64,000 nucleotides of DNA from an uncultured Candidatus Saccharibacteria bacterium (GCA_964433905.1 CAYSSM010000001.1:60246-124245), one strand, 5' to 3'. Positions 1 to 9,534 are shown, numbered from the stretch's first letter. Translations and numbers: made by a program. The notes: a model not told the origin generated them from the sequence alone.

Positions 1-1106
1 TTATTGAGAAAATCAATTTAAAAATCCGTCAAGTCGGCTTGGGTAAATTTTCGTCAGTCGCCGGTAGAAAATACGCTATGGATCGGGACCATCATTGGGA
101 TCGAACAATTCAAGTCTTCAAAATGCTGGTTGAAGGTAATGCTCCGGCAGCCGAATCTATTGAAAAAGCTATTACCCAAAATTATAAAAAAGGATTAGAA
201 GACGGTGCTATCGAACCAACGTTAATTAAAGATCAAAATGTAAAAGTAACTATCAAACCCAATGATGTGATTTTATTTTTTAATTTTCGTCCTGATCGTG
301 CCAGACAACTGACAGAAATTTTCGTTAACACCGACTTTAGGCATTTTTTTTGGAAACCGCAAGTTCCGGTCAATTTACTCTTTTCTTCGCTTACGAAATA
401 TTCGAGAAAATTTAATACTCAAATTGCTTTTCCTCGAAAAATGATTTCTAATATTTTACCTGAGGTTTTGAGCAAATATCATAAGAATGATTTAAGAATT
501 GCCGAATCGGAAAAAAAAGCTCATGTTACTTACTTTTTTAATTGCGGGCGGGAGGAACCGTTTAAGTTTGAAACATGCAAAATATTTGCTTCGCCCGATA
601 CTGATAATTACGATCAAACACCGGCAATGTCCGGCAGGCAAATCACTCAAGCGGCAATAACGGCAATTGGGCAAAACACAGATTTTATATTAATTAATTT
701 TGCCAATGTCGATCTGATTGCTCATACGGGAAATATTATCGCTGCCGGTCAAGCGGTCTTAAAAGTCGATCTTTTTGTTAAAGAGATTGTTGAAAGTAAT
801 CTTCGCGCTGGCGGAGCGACAATCATTACGGCAGATCACGGCAATGTTGAACAAATGGTAAGCATAAGCAAAAATGTCGAGCAAGAAACTCACCATACTT
901 TCAATCCCGTGCCTTTTATATTGATTGCCAAAGACAAGAAAAAGAATCTCATCCAAGGCGCTTTATCGGCATCGGCCAATACTTTGTCAAAAATTTTGTC
1001 GGCAAAAAATACTTTGGCTGATGTCGCGCCAACGGTCTTGGAAATAATGAATTTGCCCAAACCGGCTGAAATGACCGGCCACTCGCTTTTGCGCGAATTG
1101 GAATAA
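1..1106 (+). CDS. gpmI: 2,3-bisphosphoglycerate-independent phosphoglycerate mutase, 5'-truncated at the window edge. The frame is open from nt 3: IEKINLKIRQVGLGKFSSVAGRKYAMDRDHHWDR.
   Basis: iPGM motifs are present: YAMDRD.HWDR, FFNFRPDRARQL and ADHGN. The ORF-track M at 39 is internal; the frame continues to nt 1. Confidence 0.8.
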   Translation, partial: IEKINLKIRQVGLGKFSSVAGRKYAMDRDHHWDRTIQVFKMLVEGNAPAAESIEKAITQNYKKGLEDGAIEPTLIKDQNVKVTIKPNDVILFFNFRPDRARQLTEIFVNTDFRHFFWKPQVPVNLLFSSLTKYSRKFNTQIAFPRKMISNILPEVLSKYHKNDLRIAESEKKAHVTYFFNCGREEPFKFETCKIFASPDTDNYDQTPAMSGRQITQAAITAIGQNTDFILINFANVDLIAHTGNIIAAGQAVLKVDLFVKEIVESNLRAGGATIITADHGNVEQMVSISKNVEQETHHTFNPVPFILIAKDKKKNLIQGALSASANTLSKILSAKNTLADVAPTVLEIMNLPKPAEMTGHSLLRELE

Positions 1107-1107
1107 T

Positions 1108-3090
1108 ATGGATACACTATTTAATCCACAATCGATTGCTGTTATCGGGGCCTCAAGGCATCCGCAAAAATTAGGTTATCAAATTCTTGATAATATTGTT
1201 AAGAATGGTTTTAAAGGTAAGATTTATCCGATTAATCCCGAAGCAGATAAAATTTTAAACTTAAAAGTATATAAAGAAATTTCTGAAGTTGATGACGAAA
1301 TTGACTTAGCAGTGGTGATTGTGCCGGCTAAAATTGTTGAAAATATAATAGCCAATTGTCAAAAAAAGAATGTTAAGTATGCCATTATTATTTCATCCGG
1401 TTTTGCCGAACAAGGAAAATCCGGTAAAATTTTACAAAATCGTATTAACGACATGCTAAAAGACTCGCCTTTACGAATTATCGGGCCGAACTGTTTGGGA
1501 ATAATTAATACTGACAATAATTTAAATGCTACTTTTGCCGCCCCAAAATTAATCAAGGGAAATGTTGCCGCGGTTTTCCAATCAGGCGCTTTGGGGGCGG
1601 CACTGCTGGATTGGGCGAATGAATATAATTTTGGTTTTTCAAAATTTATCAGTTTAGGCAATAAAATTGATATCGAAGAATCTGAATTGATTGAATATCT
1701 GGCTGAAGACGATGACACTAAAGTTATCGCCCTTTACCTTGAAGATATTCGTGATACCAAAAAATTTTATAGCGTATGCCGTGAAGCTTCATCGCAAAAA
1801 CCAATCATTATTTTAAAAGGCGGTATGACGGTAATTGGCGCAAAAGCGGCTTTTTCACATACGGCGGCGATGGTCACACCTCGTCATATTATCAAAGCTG
1901 TTTTTTCGCAGTCAAATTTGATTGTTGCCAAGACGATTGAAGATTTACTCAATTTAATTCAAGTTCTTTCGTGGGAACCGGCGGCAACATCAAAAAATAT
2001 TGCCATTATCAGTAATGCCGGCGGACCGGCGATTCTTGCCACAGATGTTGCCAGCCGGTGTGGTTTGCATCTGCCCAAACTTCATGAGGAAGTTTTAAAT
2101 AATGTTTTGCCCGAAATCGCATCGAGTGATAATCCAATCGATTTAGGAGGCCAGGCTTCAGCTAAAGATTATCGCAAGGCATTGGATTACTGTCTTAATA
2201 ATAAAATGATTTCATCGATTGTGGGGATTCTTACTCCGCAGACTTCGACCGAAATTGAAGAAACTGCCAAAGTTTTTGCAAGTTTTAACAATGCCAAAAA
2301 ACCGATTGTGGTTTCATTTTTGGGTGATAGATTGGTTGACAAAGGAATTTCTATTTTAAAAGATGCCCATGTTCCTCATTTTGATACGCCGGAAGAAGCA
2401 GTAAAAGCGCTAGCCAGCTCGATTAAATATTGGAAAAAAGACAAACAAAATTATCATCTGATAGATTTTAACTCAACAAATTCTAACGCTAATTGTGATA
2501 ATGTCTATGAAGTGATTGAAAATTACAATATTCCTTTTGCTGAGTTTGAAATCGTCAATAATTTTGATGAGGCAATAAAAATTAGTAAAAATTTAGGTTA
2601 TCCGCTGGTAGCAAAAAACATTTCTGGAAAATTTGTTCATAAACATAAAGCCGGAAAGGTAGTATTAGGTATCAATGATAATCATTCATTTAAGCTGGCT
2701 TTAAAAAAAGTTAGTTTTCCAGCGCTCATTCAAAAAATGATAAATTTACCTTTCGAAGTAATTGTGGGAGTAAAACAGGATATAGATGCCGGAGCAGTTC
2801 TAACTTTTGGCTGGGGTGGTATTTATACCGAGGAAGTTTCTGACATTGCGGTGAGAATTTCTCCCTTGACTTTAAATGATTTGGACGAGATGATAAAAGA
2901 AACAAAGATTGGCCGCATTTTACATCGAGAAAATATTGATTTATCAGTATTGAAAAATATTATGATTGAACTTCTTCAGATTTCAATCGATAACCCGCGT
3001 ATTTTAGAGATCGAAATTAATCCAATCAAATTATCCTTCGATAAAACAATATGCGTTGACGCGCGAATGAAAGTTTCAGAGGTTAAATGA
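1108..3090 (+). CDS. Acetyl-CoA synthetase (ADP-forming), fused alpha/beta (CoA-binding plus ATP-grasp); acetate-forming and ATP-yielding.
   Basis: The N-terminus MDTLFNPQSIAVIGAS...GYQILDNI is a CoA-binding Rossmann domain of the NDP-forming acyl-CoA synthetase family. There is a C-terminal ATP-grasp-like region, and the 660-aa length fits a fused ACD. Confidence 0.75.
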   Translation: MDTLFNPQSIAVIGASRHPQKLGYQILDNIVKNGFKGKIYPINPEADKILNLKVYKEISEVDDEIDLAVVIVPAKIVENIIANCQKKNVKYAIIISSGFAEQGKSGKILQNRINDMLKDSPLRIIGPNCLGIINTDNNLNATFAAPKLIKGNVAAVFQSGALGAALLDWANEYNFGFSKFISLGNKIDIEESELIEYLAEDDDTKVIALYLEDIRDTKKFYSVCREASSQKPIIILKGGMTVIGAKAAFSHTAAMVTPRHIIKAVFSQSNLIVAKTIEDLLNLIQVLSWEPAATSKNIAIISNAGGPAILATDVASRCGLHLPKLHEEVLNNVLPEIASSDNPIDLGGQASAKDYRKALDYCLNNKMISSIVGILTPQTSTEIEETAKVFASFNNAKKPIVVSFLGDRLVDKGISILKDAHVPHFDTPEEAVKALASSIKYWKKDKQNYHLIDFNSTNSNANCDNVYEVIENYNIPFAEFEIVNNFDEAIKISKNLGYPLVAKNISGKFVHKHKAGKVVLGINDNHSFKLALKKVSFPALIQKMINLPFEVIVGVKQDIDAGAVLTFGWGGIYTEEVSDIAVRISPLTLNDLDEMIKETKIGRILHRENIDLSVLKNIMIELLQISIDNPRILEIEINPIKLSFDKTICVDARMKVSEVK

Positions 3091-4151
3091 AAGAGTTACT
3101 TACTGGCAACCAATCGGCAATCAAAGGCGCGTTAGCGGTAGGCGCAGAAATTATGACTGGCTATCCAATTACCCCTACTACGGAAATGCTGGAATATTGG
3201 GCCGAAGAGGCAAATAAGAATCCTGCTTTAAAATTTTTACAGTCAGAAGATGAGATGGCGGCCGGTTTTGCCATGATTGGCGCGATTTTAGCCGGTAAAA
3301 AAGCATTTTCTGCCACCGCCGGTCCCGGCAACATTTTGATGCAGGATGCTTTTGCGATGGCGGAAAACATGAGACTTCCGACAGTGGCTTTTATTAATCA
3401 AAGAGGAGGTCCTTCGACAGGTACGGTTATTTATTCTCAACAAGAGCTTAATTTAACTTGTTTTGGCGGCAATGGCGAAGGCTTGCGGATTGTTTATTCT
3501 TGTGCGGGCGTGCAAGATATGTATGACTATGCGATTAAAGCATTTAACACGGCTTGGAGATACCGTTTCCCGACCTTTATGCTCTCCGATGGCTATCAGG
3601 GAAAAATGAAAACTGAAATTGAAACCTATTCTTTGCAAGAAAAACAAATTGAAAATATTCCCGCCTATCCATATTTATTAAATCCGGCCAATAAAGAAAC
3701 GGTTAATTTACGCAATACTTACAATTTAGAAAAAGATTTAAACTATTTAATAGAGGAGCATAAAAAAGCTTTTGATGAAATTGTACCTGAAATTATTGAA
3801 TTTGAAGATCTTCATACTTTGGATGCTGAGATAGTTATTTTTGCTCACGGAATAATTGCATCAGCCTCAAAACAAGCAATTGACAGCATGCGATCTATGG
3901 GGGTTAAAGTAGGCTTATTTAGGCCTATCACTTTAAATCCATTTCCGAAAGATAATGCCATATCAATTGCCAAGAATAAGCGATTGATATTAGTTATTGA
4001 GTCTTCTTTAGGTCAGTTCGAAAGAGTTGTCAAAGAAAATTTGTACGGTTTGCAAACTAAGATTATTGGTCTAAAAAAACCGGCGCTTGGCATATCACCG
4101 GAAGAAATTATCTCTAAAGTAAATGATATTTTGAAGGAGCAGAATGGCTGA
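3087..4151 (+). CDS. porA: 2-oxoacid (pyruvate):ferredoxin oxidoreductase alpha subunit.
   Basis: The N-terminus GNQSAIKGALAVGAEIMTGYPITPTTEMLEYWAEE is POR/KOR alpha-like. The start overlaps the upstream stop by 4 nt. Confidence 0.8.
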   Translation: MKELLTGNQSAIKGALAVGAEIMTGYPITPTTEMLEYWAEEANKNPALKFLQSEDEMAAGFAMIGAILAGKKAFSATAGPGNILMQDAFAMAENMRLPTVAFINQRGGPSTGTVIYSQQELNLTCFGGNGEGLRIVYSCAGVQDMYDYAIKAFNTAWRYRFPTFMLSDGYQGKMKTEIETYSLQEKQIENIPAYPYLLNPANKETVNLRNTYNLEKDLNYLIEEHKKAFDEIVPEIIEFEDLHTLDAEIVIFAHGIIASASKQAIDSMRSMGVKVGLFRPITLNPFPKDNAISIAKNKRLILVIESSLGQFERVVKENLYGLQTKIIGLKKPALGISPEEIISKVNDILKEQNG

Positions 4152-4872
4152 AGCGGCATTTCCCAAAGTTTGGAAAAAAAGTTCCAAACCACATAAATTT
4201 TGTCCCGGATGTGGTCAGGCATTAGCTTTAAAAATATTGGGCTATGCTATTGATGAACTCGGAATTCAAAATAAAATGGTTTACGGCTGTGATATTGGCT
4301 GCTCACTGCTTACATGGGACATGTTCGATGTTGATACGGTTCAAACGCATCATGGCAGAGTTTTGCCAACCATGGTTGGTTTTAAATTAGCAAAACCTGA
4401 AGCGATTGTAATCGCTTTTATGGGAGATGGTGGCGGCTATGCAATTGGCGCGCAACACTTAATAAATTCGGCAATGCGTAATGACAAAGTAACTGTAATT
4501 TTAATTAACAATGCCAATTATGCGATGACGGGTGGGCAGATGGCGCCGACAACATTAATAGCTGAAAAAACTACCACAACACCGCTGGGAAGAAAAATAG
4601 AAAATTATGGTGGCCCGATTCATGGACCGGAAATGCTTTCCAAAATTGTTTCTGACGATGCCTATTTGGCTCGAACAATCTCAACCAATATTGAAGATTG
4701 CAAAGAAAAAATAAAAAAGGCTTTTCAAAATCAAATTGACAGCCATGGCTTTAGTTTTGTAGAGATTTTATCAATGTGTCCGGTCAATTGGCACACGAAT
4801 ACGCAGGAATCCTTAGATTTTTGTGAAAAAGAAATGGTTAAAATATTTCCGTTGGGAGAATTTAATGATTAA
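4144..4872 (+). CDS. porB: 2-oxoacid:ferredoxin oxidoreductase beta subunit (TPP-binding).
   Basis: CPGCGQ Cys cluster at the N-terminus. GDGGGYAIGAQHLINSAMRNDKVTVILINNANYAMTGGQ is a TPP-binding motif. Confidence 0.8.
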   Translation: MAEAAFPKVWKKSSKPHKFCPGCGQALALKILGYAIDELGIQNKMVYGCDIGCSLLTWDMFDVDTVQTHHGRVLPTMVGFKLAKPEAIVIAFMGDGGGYAIGAQHLINSAMRNDKVTVILINNANYAMTGGQMAPTTLIAEKTTTTPLGRKIENYGGPIHGPEMLSKIVSDDAYLARTISTNIEDCKEKIKKAFQNQIDSHGFSFVEILSMCPVNWHTNTQESLDFCEKEMVKIFPLGEFND

Positions 4873-5692
4873 TATTCTAGTTGCTGGCGAAGGCGGTCAA
4901 GGCGTTCAATCAATCGCTAAAATCATAAATACTTCAGTAGATGAGTCTTCTAAAGAAAGTTGCTACCTGCCAAGCTTTGGGGTAGAACAGCGTGGTGGTG
5001 TTTCTTTAGCTTTTTTAAGAATAGATGCTAAAAAAATACTATATCCGCGTTTTGATAAAGCAGACATTATCGCAGCTTTATGCAGCCGATCGATCGATTC
5101 AATCAAAGACTATATCAAAGATGATACTTTTTTGATATACGACGGCTCAATTGTGGAAAATAGCGTTTTAGATCAAATTAAACCTAAAGTTAAAAAATAT
5201 ATAAATATTCTTGCCAATAATATCGCCATAAAAAAATATTCCGTTAAGTCAGCTAACATGTTGATGTTGGGCGGGGTTGTGGCGCAATTGATAGATGTTA
5301 ACCTATCGATTATCGAAAACAATATTAAGAATGAATTCAAAGATAAAATCGCTGAAAATCCCGAGATTGGGACTATGAATATTAACGCTTTTCACGAAGG
5401 ACTAAATATTGCCAAAAGTTTTGACCAAAGTAGCGAAGAATTGGTCGGTAAGCCAGCGCACGAAATAAAAACGGAATACAAAGATGATAAGAAAAGTTGG
5501 ATTCGTTTTCCCGAATATTGCAAAGGCTGCGGCCTTTGTCTTGTAAGATGTCCTGTTCAAGCGCTTCATTTTTCAAAAGAAGTCGGATTTTTAGGTAATC
5601 CTTTGCCCGAAATTGATATTGATAAATGTATTACTTGCGGTCAATGTGAACAAATCTGTCCAGACGGAGCAATAAAAGTTGAAAAAAGTTAA
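4865..5692 (+). CDS. 2-oxoacid:ferredoxin oxidoreductase gamma subunit fused to a delta (2x[4Fe-4S] ferredoxin) domain.
   Basis: MINILVAGEGGQGVQS is gamma-subunit-like. The C-terminus has two CxxCxxCxxxCP motifs (CKGCGLCLVRCP and CITCGQCEQICP). I chose the ATG at 4865, which overlaps the porB stop by 8 nt, over the ORF-track start at 4823. Confidence 0.7.
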   Translation: MINILVAGEGGQGVQSIAKIINTSVDESSKESCYLPSFGVEQRGGVSLAFLRIDAKKILYPRFDKADIIAALCSRSIDSIKDYIKDDTFLIYDGSIVENSVLDQIKPKVKKYINILANNIAIKKYSVKSANMLMLGGVVAQLIDVNLSIIENNIKNEFKDKIAENPEIGTMNINAFHEGLNIAKSFDQSSEELVGKPAHEIKTEYKDDKKSWIRFPEYCKGCGLCLVRCPVQALHFSKEVGFLGNPLPEIDIDKCITCGQCEQICPDGAIKVEKS

Positions 5693-5704
5693 CAAATTAT
5701 GCCA

Positions 5705-5747
5705 CATCTGACAATACACATCGCAAGTGAATTAGCGGATGTGTCTT
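5705..5747. repeat. REP-like palindromic element, copy 1: CCACATC..ACACATCGCAAGTG..TTAGCGGATGTGTC.
   Basis: The inverted repeat ACACATC / GATGTGT lies directly 3' of the RAYT gene. Two related copies are at 6432-6475 and 39250-39300. Confidence 0.6.
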
Positions 5748-5750
5748 AAA

Positions 5751-6398
5751 TTATTCATGTAAAAGATCTTTGATTCTTGTTAAATCTCGTGCGTAACTGG
5801 CATAATCTTCAACAAATTCCCGATAATTTTTAGGTGACCCTATTATTTTTAAAATAAAACCGGAATGGCAAAGCCGATCATTGGTATTGTTTAGGTAATG
5901 ATGATATGAAGACCAACTATAAGAAGAGCTGTCATTGCAAATACCAGAGGTATAAGGATTAAGGTGAAGATATCGAGACAAGTGTATCAATTGTTCGTCA
6001 GATTCTATCATAACGACTCGAAACCGTCCTTGGGTTAAAGTTCCCACTCTATCGTTCTTTTCATTATAATATCTTGTGTAACTATCCAAAGACCGTCGCA
6101 TGAAAATACTAATTCCATTATCAACAATCTGACGAAGAAGCAAATGAAAATGATTGGGCATCAGACAATAAGCATATATCTCCACTAGTGGTTTTTGAGG
6201 TTCTATTCTAAGAATTTTATCTATCTCCGTCTTATCAATTTTTGAGAGCCTAAGTTTATCTTTATTTTCAAGATAAAAACTGAAGGTTTTGAGTAGTCTT
6301 AAGTAGTCAAAATCGAAATCAAAAAGATTTTGTTTAGCGACTCCCCTATTATAGACATGATAAAGGTGGTCATTGGCATACACGGGTTTAACATACAT
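5751..6398 (-). CDS. REP-associated tyrosine transposase (RAYT; IS200/IS605-family Y1 HuH transposase).
   Basis: HVYNRG, the HuH motif CLMPNHFHLLL and SRYLHLNPY (catalytic Tyr region) are all present. About 215 aa, flanked by REP-like hairpins. Confidence 0.8.
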   Translation of the reverse strand: MYVKPVYANDHLYHVYNRGVAKQNLFDFDFDYLRLLKTFSFYLENKDKLRLSKIDKTEIDKILRIEPQKPLVEIYAYCLMPNHFHLLLRQIVDNGISIFMRRSLDSYTRYYNEKNDRVGTLTQGRFRVVMIESDEQLIHLSRYLHLNPYTSGICNDSSSYSWSSYHHYLNNTNDRLCHSGFILKIIGSPKNYREFVEDYASYARDLTRIKDLLHE

Positions 6399-6431
6399 AA
6401 GTTTAATATATCATTTATCTTTAGTTTTTGT

Positions 6432-6475
6432 CCACATCGTTAAAGACACATCGCAAGTGTTTAAGCGGTAGTATC
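6432..6475. repeat. REP-like palindromic element, copy 2: CCACATCGTTAAAGACACATCGCAAGTGTTTAAGCGGTAG.
   Basis: It shares CACATCG..ACACATCGCAAGTG..TTAAGCGG with copy 1 and lies just 5' of the RAYT start. Confidence 0.55.
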
Positions 6476-6496
6476 CAAGAAAAAACGCTTAGATAT

Positions 6497-6531
6497 TTGA
6501 AAAAGGTGGTAAAAATATGATATATTAAATT
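6497..6531 (+). promoter_or_regulatory. Candidate sigma70-type promoter for tRNA-Ala (TTGAAA-N17/18-ATATAT/TATATT).
   Basis: TTGAAAAAGGTGGTAAAAATATGATATATT lies about 45 nt upstream of the tRNA. Confidence 0.35.
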
Positions 6532-6574
6532 AGAATTGGAAGAATAAATTCATTTAGATAGAATTAAAATTTAA

Positions 6575-6646
6575 GGGCCTGTAGCTTAGAGGAAAAGCGT
6601 TAGTATGGCATACTAAAGATCGCGAGTTCGAGTCTCGCCAGGTCCA
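6575..6646 (+). tRNA. tRNA-Ala (anticodon GGC).
   Basis: Cloverleaf folded by hand. The acceptor stem GGGCCTG/CAGGTCC carries the G3:U70 Ala identity pair. D stem GCTT/AAGC. Anticodon stem TTAGT/ACTAA with loop ATGGCAT (U33, GGC, A37). T arm GCGAG-TTCGAGT-CTCGC. Discriminator A73. No CCA is encoded. Confidence 0.85.
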
Positions 6647-6731
6647 AAAATAAACAATAGAATGACTCGCATTTGCGGGAAGGTCCGAGATAGTTGCCTA
6701 AAGGCGAGTCCCCGACGGTCCACCAACTATT

Positions 6732-9239
6732 ATGGAAAAATACGTTTTTAAATTAATTGAAAAAAAGTGGCAGAAGATATGGGAAGAAGAAAGCTACGGT
6801 AAAGCCGAGGATTTTTCAAAAAAACCAAAGCACTATCATTTGGTTGAGTTTCCCTATCCTTCAGGTGAAGGACTCCACATCGGCCACTGCATGAGCTATG
6901 GCGCGTCCGATGCTTATTGCCGAATGAAACGGATGCAGGGTTTTGAAGTAATGTTTCCAATGGGCTGGGATGCTTTTGGGCTACCGACAGAAAATTTTGC
7001 CATTAAAAACAAAGTTAAACCTCAAGATGCAACTAAGAAAAATATTGATAATTACCGCCGTCAGATGAAATCTCTCGGTTATTCGTTTGACTGGTCTCGC
7101 GAAGTAAACACAACAGACCCTACTTATTACAAATGGACTCAATGGATTTTCCTGCAATTTTACAAACACGGAATTGTTGACGGAAAACTTATCGAAGTAT
7201 TGGATGATGATACTGAAACACCTCGCCTTGCCTATCAAGCTGAAATGCCGGTTAATTGGTGTCCTTCATGTAAAATAAATCTTGCCAATGAAGAAGTTGT
7301 GGGCGGCGGCTGTGAACGCTGCGGGACGCCGACAATTAAAAAAATGCAAAAACAATGGATGCTCCGAATCACCTCGTACGCCGATAGATTGATAACTGAC
7401 TTAGATAAAGTTGATTATTTGGATAAAATTAAAACCCAGCAATTAAATTGGATCGGAAAATCTGAAGGCGCGAATATAAAATTCGAAATCCGAAGTTCGA
7501 AATCCGAAACAAATTCTAAATCACAAATTATAAATTCAAAACAATATATAGATGTTTTCACAACGAGGGCAGATACTTTGTTTGGGTGTACTTATGTTGT
7601 GTTAGCGCCAGAACATCCATTGATAAACAAAATTAAAAATAAAATATCAAATATTAAAGAGGTTGAAGAATACATTGATAAAGCGACAAGGAAATCAGAT
7701 TTGGAACGGGCGGAAATTGAAAAAGAAAAAACCGGCGTTGAGCTAAAAGGGATCTCGACCACAAATCCAATCAACAATGAGAAAATTCCAGTTTGGATTG
7801 CTGATTATGTTCTACTAACATACGGAACGGGCGCCGTCATGGCAGTCCCCGCTCATGACCAACGCGATTTCGAATTTGCTAAAAAATATGAGATTAGGAT
7901 TAAAATGGTGATTTGTCCTAACTATCCGAATCCTGTTTGTCCAGTTCTTGAGAAAGCTTTTGAAGATTACGGTCATTTAGTTGATTCTGGAGAATTCGAC
8001 GGTTTCACATCCAAGGATGCGCAAAAGAAAATTACAGAAAAACTAAAAGAAATCGGGGCTGGAGATTTTGGCATTAATTACAAATTGCGTGATTGGATTT
8101 TTTCTCGTCAGCATTATTGGGGTGAGCCGATTCCGATTGTCCATTGTGAAAAATGTGGCGTTGTTGCTTTGGACGAAAAGGATCTACCACTTAAATTACC
8201 AGAAATTGAACATTACGAACCAACCGATACTGGTGAATCCCCACTGGCAAAAATATCAGAATGGGTAAATACAAAATGTCCGGGTTGTGATGGCGAAGCC
8301 AAGCGTGAAACCGACACAATGCCTAATTGGGCCGGTTCTTCATGGTACTATTTAAGATATTGTGATCCAAAAAATACCAACTCTCTTGCGGATCAAAAAA
8401 TATTGGATTTTTGGATGCCAGTTGATTTATACAATGGCGGCGTCGAACATACCACTTTGCATTTACTTTACTCACGGTTCTGGCACAAGTTTTTGTACGA
8501 TCTAAAAGTTGTCCCAGGTGCAGAGCCATATCAAAAACGAATAACCCACGGATTAATTTTGGGAAATGATAATCAAAAGATGAGCAAATCACGTGGCAAT
8601 GTTATTAATCCGGATTCAATTGTTGAAAAATTTGGAGCAGATACTCTACGCGCCTATATTATGTTTATCGGGCCTTACGACAAGGAATCTGCTTGGAATA
8701 TGGCTGGGGTTCTGGGTGTTTTTCGATTTCTGAATCGTGTTTGGAAAAATTCAAAAAAAATTAATGATTCTGATTCGGAAAAAATGCACTATAAAATGAA
8801 TCAAACAATCGATGGTGTTAGTAAAGATCTTGAATCGTTCAGTTTTAACACGGTGATTTCTAAATTAATGGAATTAAATAATGCTATCGAGAAAGAAAAT
8901 ATATCAAAAGAATCATTTAGTACATTTTTGAAATTGCTATTTCCTGCCTGTCCGCATATTGCTGAAGAACTGTGGGAGAAGTTGGGTTTTGATGAAAAAA
9001 TCAAAAATCAAGAGTGGCCAAAAGCGGATAAAAATTATTTGGTTGAAAAAGAGGTAAATATTGCCATTCAGATTAATGGTAAGACCAAAGGCTTAATAAA
9101 AGTTGCTCCTAGCGCCCCTCAAAGTCAAGTTGAAGAAGGTGCAAAAAAAGATAAACGATTGCAAGAAATACTAGAAGATAAATCGGTAAAAAAAATTATT
9201 TATGTTGCTGGACGGATTATCAATTTTGTGGTAGAATAA
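6732..9239 (+). CDS. leuS: Leucyl-tRNA synthetase.
   Basis: HIGH motif PYPSGEGLHIGHCMSY, KMSKS motif and an 835-aa class I aaRS with an editing domain. Confidence 0.9.
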   Translation: MEKYVFKLIEKKWQKIWEEESYGKAEDFSKKPKHYHLVEFPYPSGEGLHIGHCMSYGASDAYCRMKRMQGFEVMFPMGWDAFGLPTENFAIKNKVKPQDATKKNIDNYRRQMKSLGYSFDWSREVNTTDPTYYKWTQWIFLQFYKHGIVDGKLIEVLDDDTETPRLAYQAEMPVNWCPSCKINLANEEVVGGGCERCGTPTIKKMQKQWMLRITSYADRLITDLDKVDYLDKIKTQQLNWIGKSEGANIKFEIRSSKSETNSKSQIINSKQYIDVFTTRADTLFGCTYVVLAPEHPLINKIKNKISNIKEVEEYIDKATRKSDLERAEIEKEKTGVELKGISTTNPINNEKIPVWIADYVLLTYGTGAVMAVPAHDQRDFEFAKKYEIRIKMVICPNYPNPVCPVLEKAFEDYGHLVDSGEFDGFTSKDAQKKITEKLKEIGAGDFGINYKLRDWIFSRQHYWGEPIPIVHCEKCGVVALDEKDLPLKLPEIEHYEPTDTGESPLAKISEWVNTKCPGCDGEAKRETDTMPNWAGSSWYYLRYCDPKNTNSLADQKILDFWMPVDLYNGGVEHTTLHLLYSRFWHKFLYDLKVVPGAEPYQKRITHGLILGNDNQKMSKSRGNVINPDSIVEKFGADTLRAYIMFIGPYDKESAWNMAGVLGVFRFLNRVWKNSKKINDSDSEKMHYKMNQTIDGVSKDLESFSFNTVISKLMELNNAIEKENISKESFSTFLKLLFPACPHIAEELWEKLGFDEKIKNQEWPKADKNYLVEKEVNIAIQINGKTKGLIKVAPSAPQSQVEEGAKKDKRLQEILEDKSVKKIIYVAGRIINFVVE

Positions 9240-9300
9240 ATAAAGTGATACGAAATACAAAACACATACTAAAATACGAAAAAAAATAAGAGAGGATTTT

Positions 9301-9534
9301 ATGGCAGAGCCAAAGAAAAGACTAACATCGAGCCGCTCAGGCAATAGAAGATCGCATCTTCAACTTAAAAAACAAACTTTATCAAACTGTCCAAAATGCA
9401 AAAATGCAAACTTGCCACATCTTGTTTGTCCTACATGCGGTTTTTACAATGGCAATGATGTCCTAAGATTAGAAGAAAAAGCCAAAGCTAAAGATCAAAG
9501 ACGCAAAGAGCAGGAAAAAGAACTGGAGAAATAA
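9301..9534 (+). CDS. rpmF: Ribosomal protein L32.
   Basis: MAEPKKRLTSSRSGNRRSHLQL.. is the L32 N-terminal signature; CPKC..CPTC zinc ribbon. The SD AGAGAGGA lies upstream. Confidence 0.8.
   Translation: MAEPKKRLTSSRSGNRRSHLQLKKQTLSNCPKCKNANLPHLVCPTCGFYNGNDVLRLEEKAKAKDQRRKEQEKELEK

Larger units (their letters stand above)
5705..6475 (-). mobile_element. REP-RAYT-REP unit.
   Basis: A Y1 transposase gene is bracketed by two copies of the same palindromic motif (ACACATCGCAAGTG core). Confidence 0.6.

Noticed and set aside
4823-4864. Upstream start (MKKKWLKYFRWENL...) for the POR gamma/delta gene.
   Set aside because: It overlaps porB by 50 nt in another frame. The ATG at 4865 gives the canonical gamma-subunit N-terminus and a short 8-nt overlap.
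6647-6731. T-box riboswitch upstream of leuS.
   Set aside because: The spacer is only 85 nt and lacks the T-box / specifier-loop architecture, which is normally ~200-300 nt.
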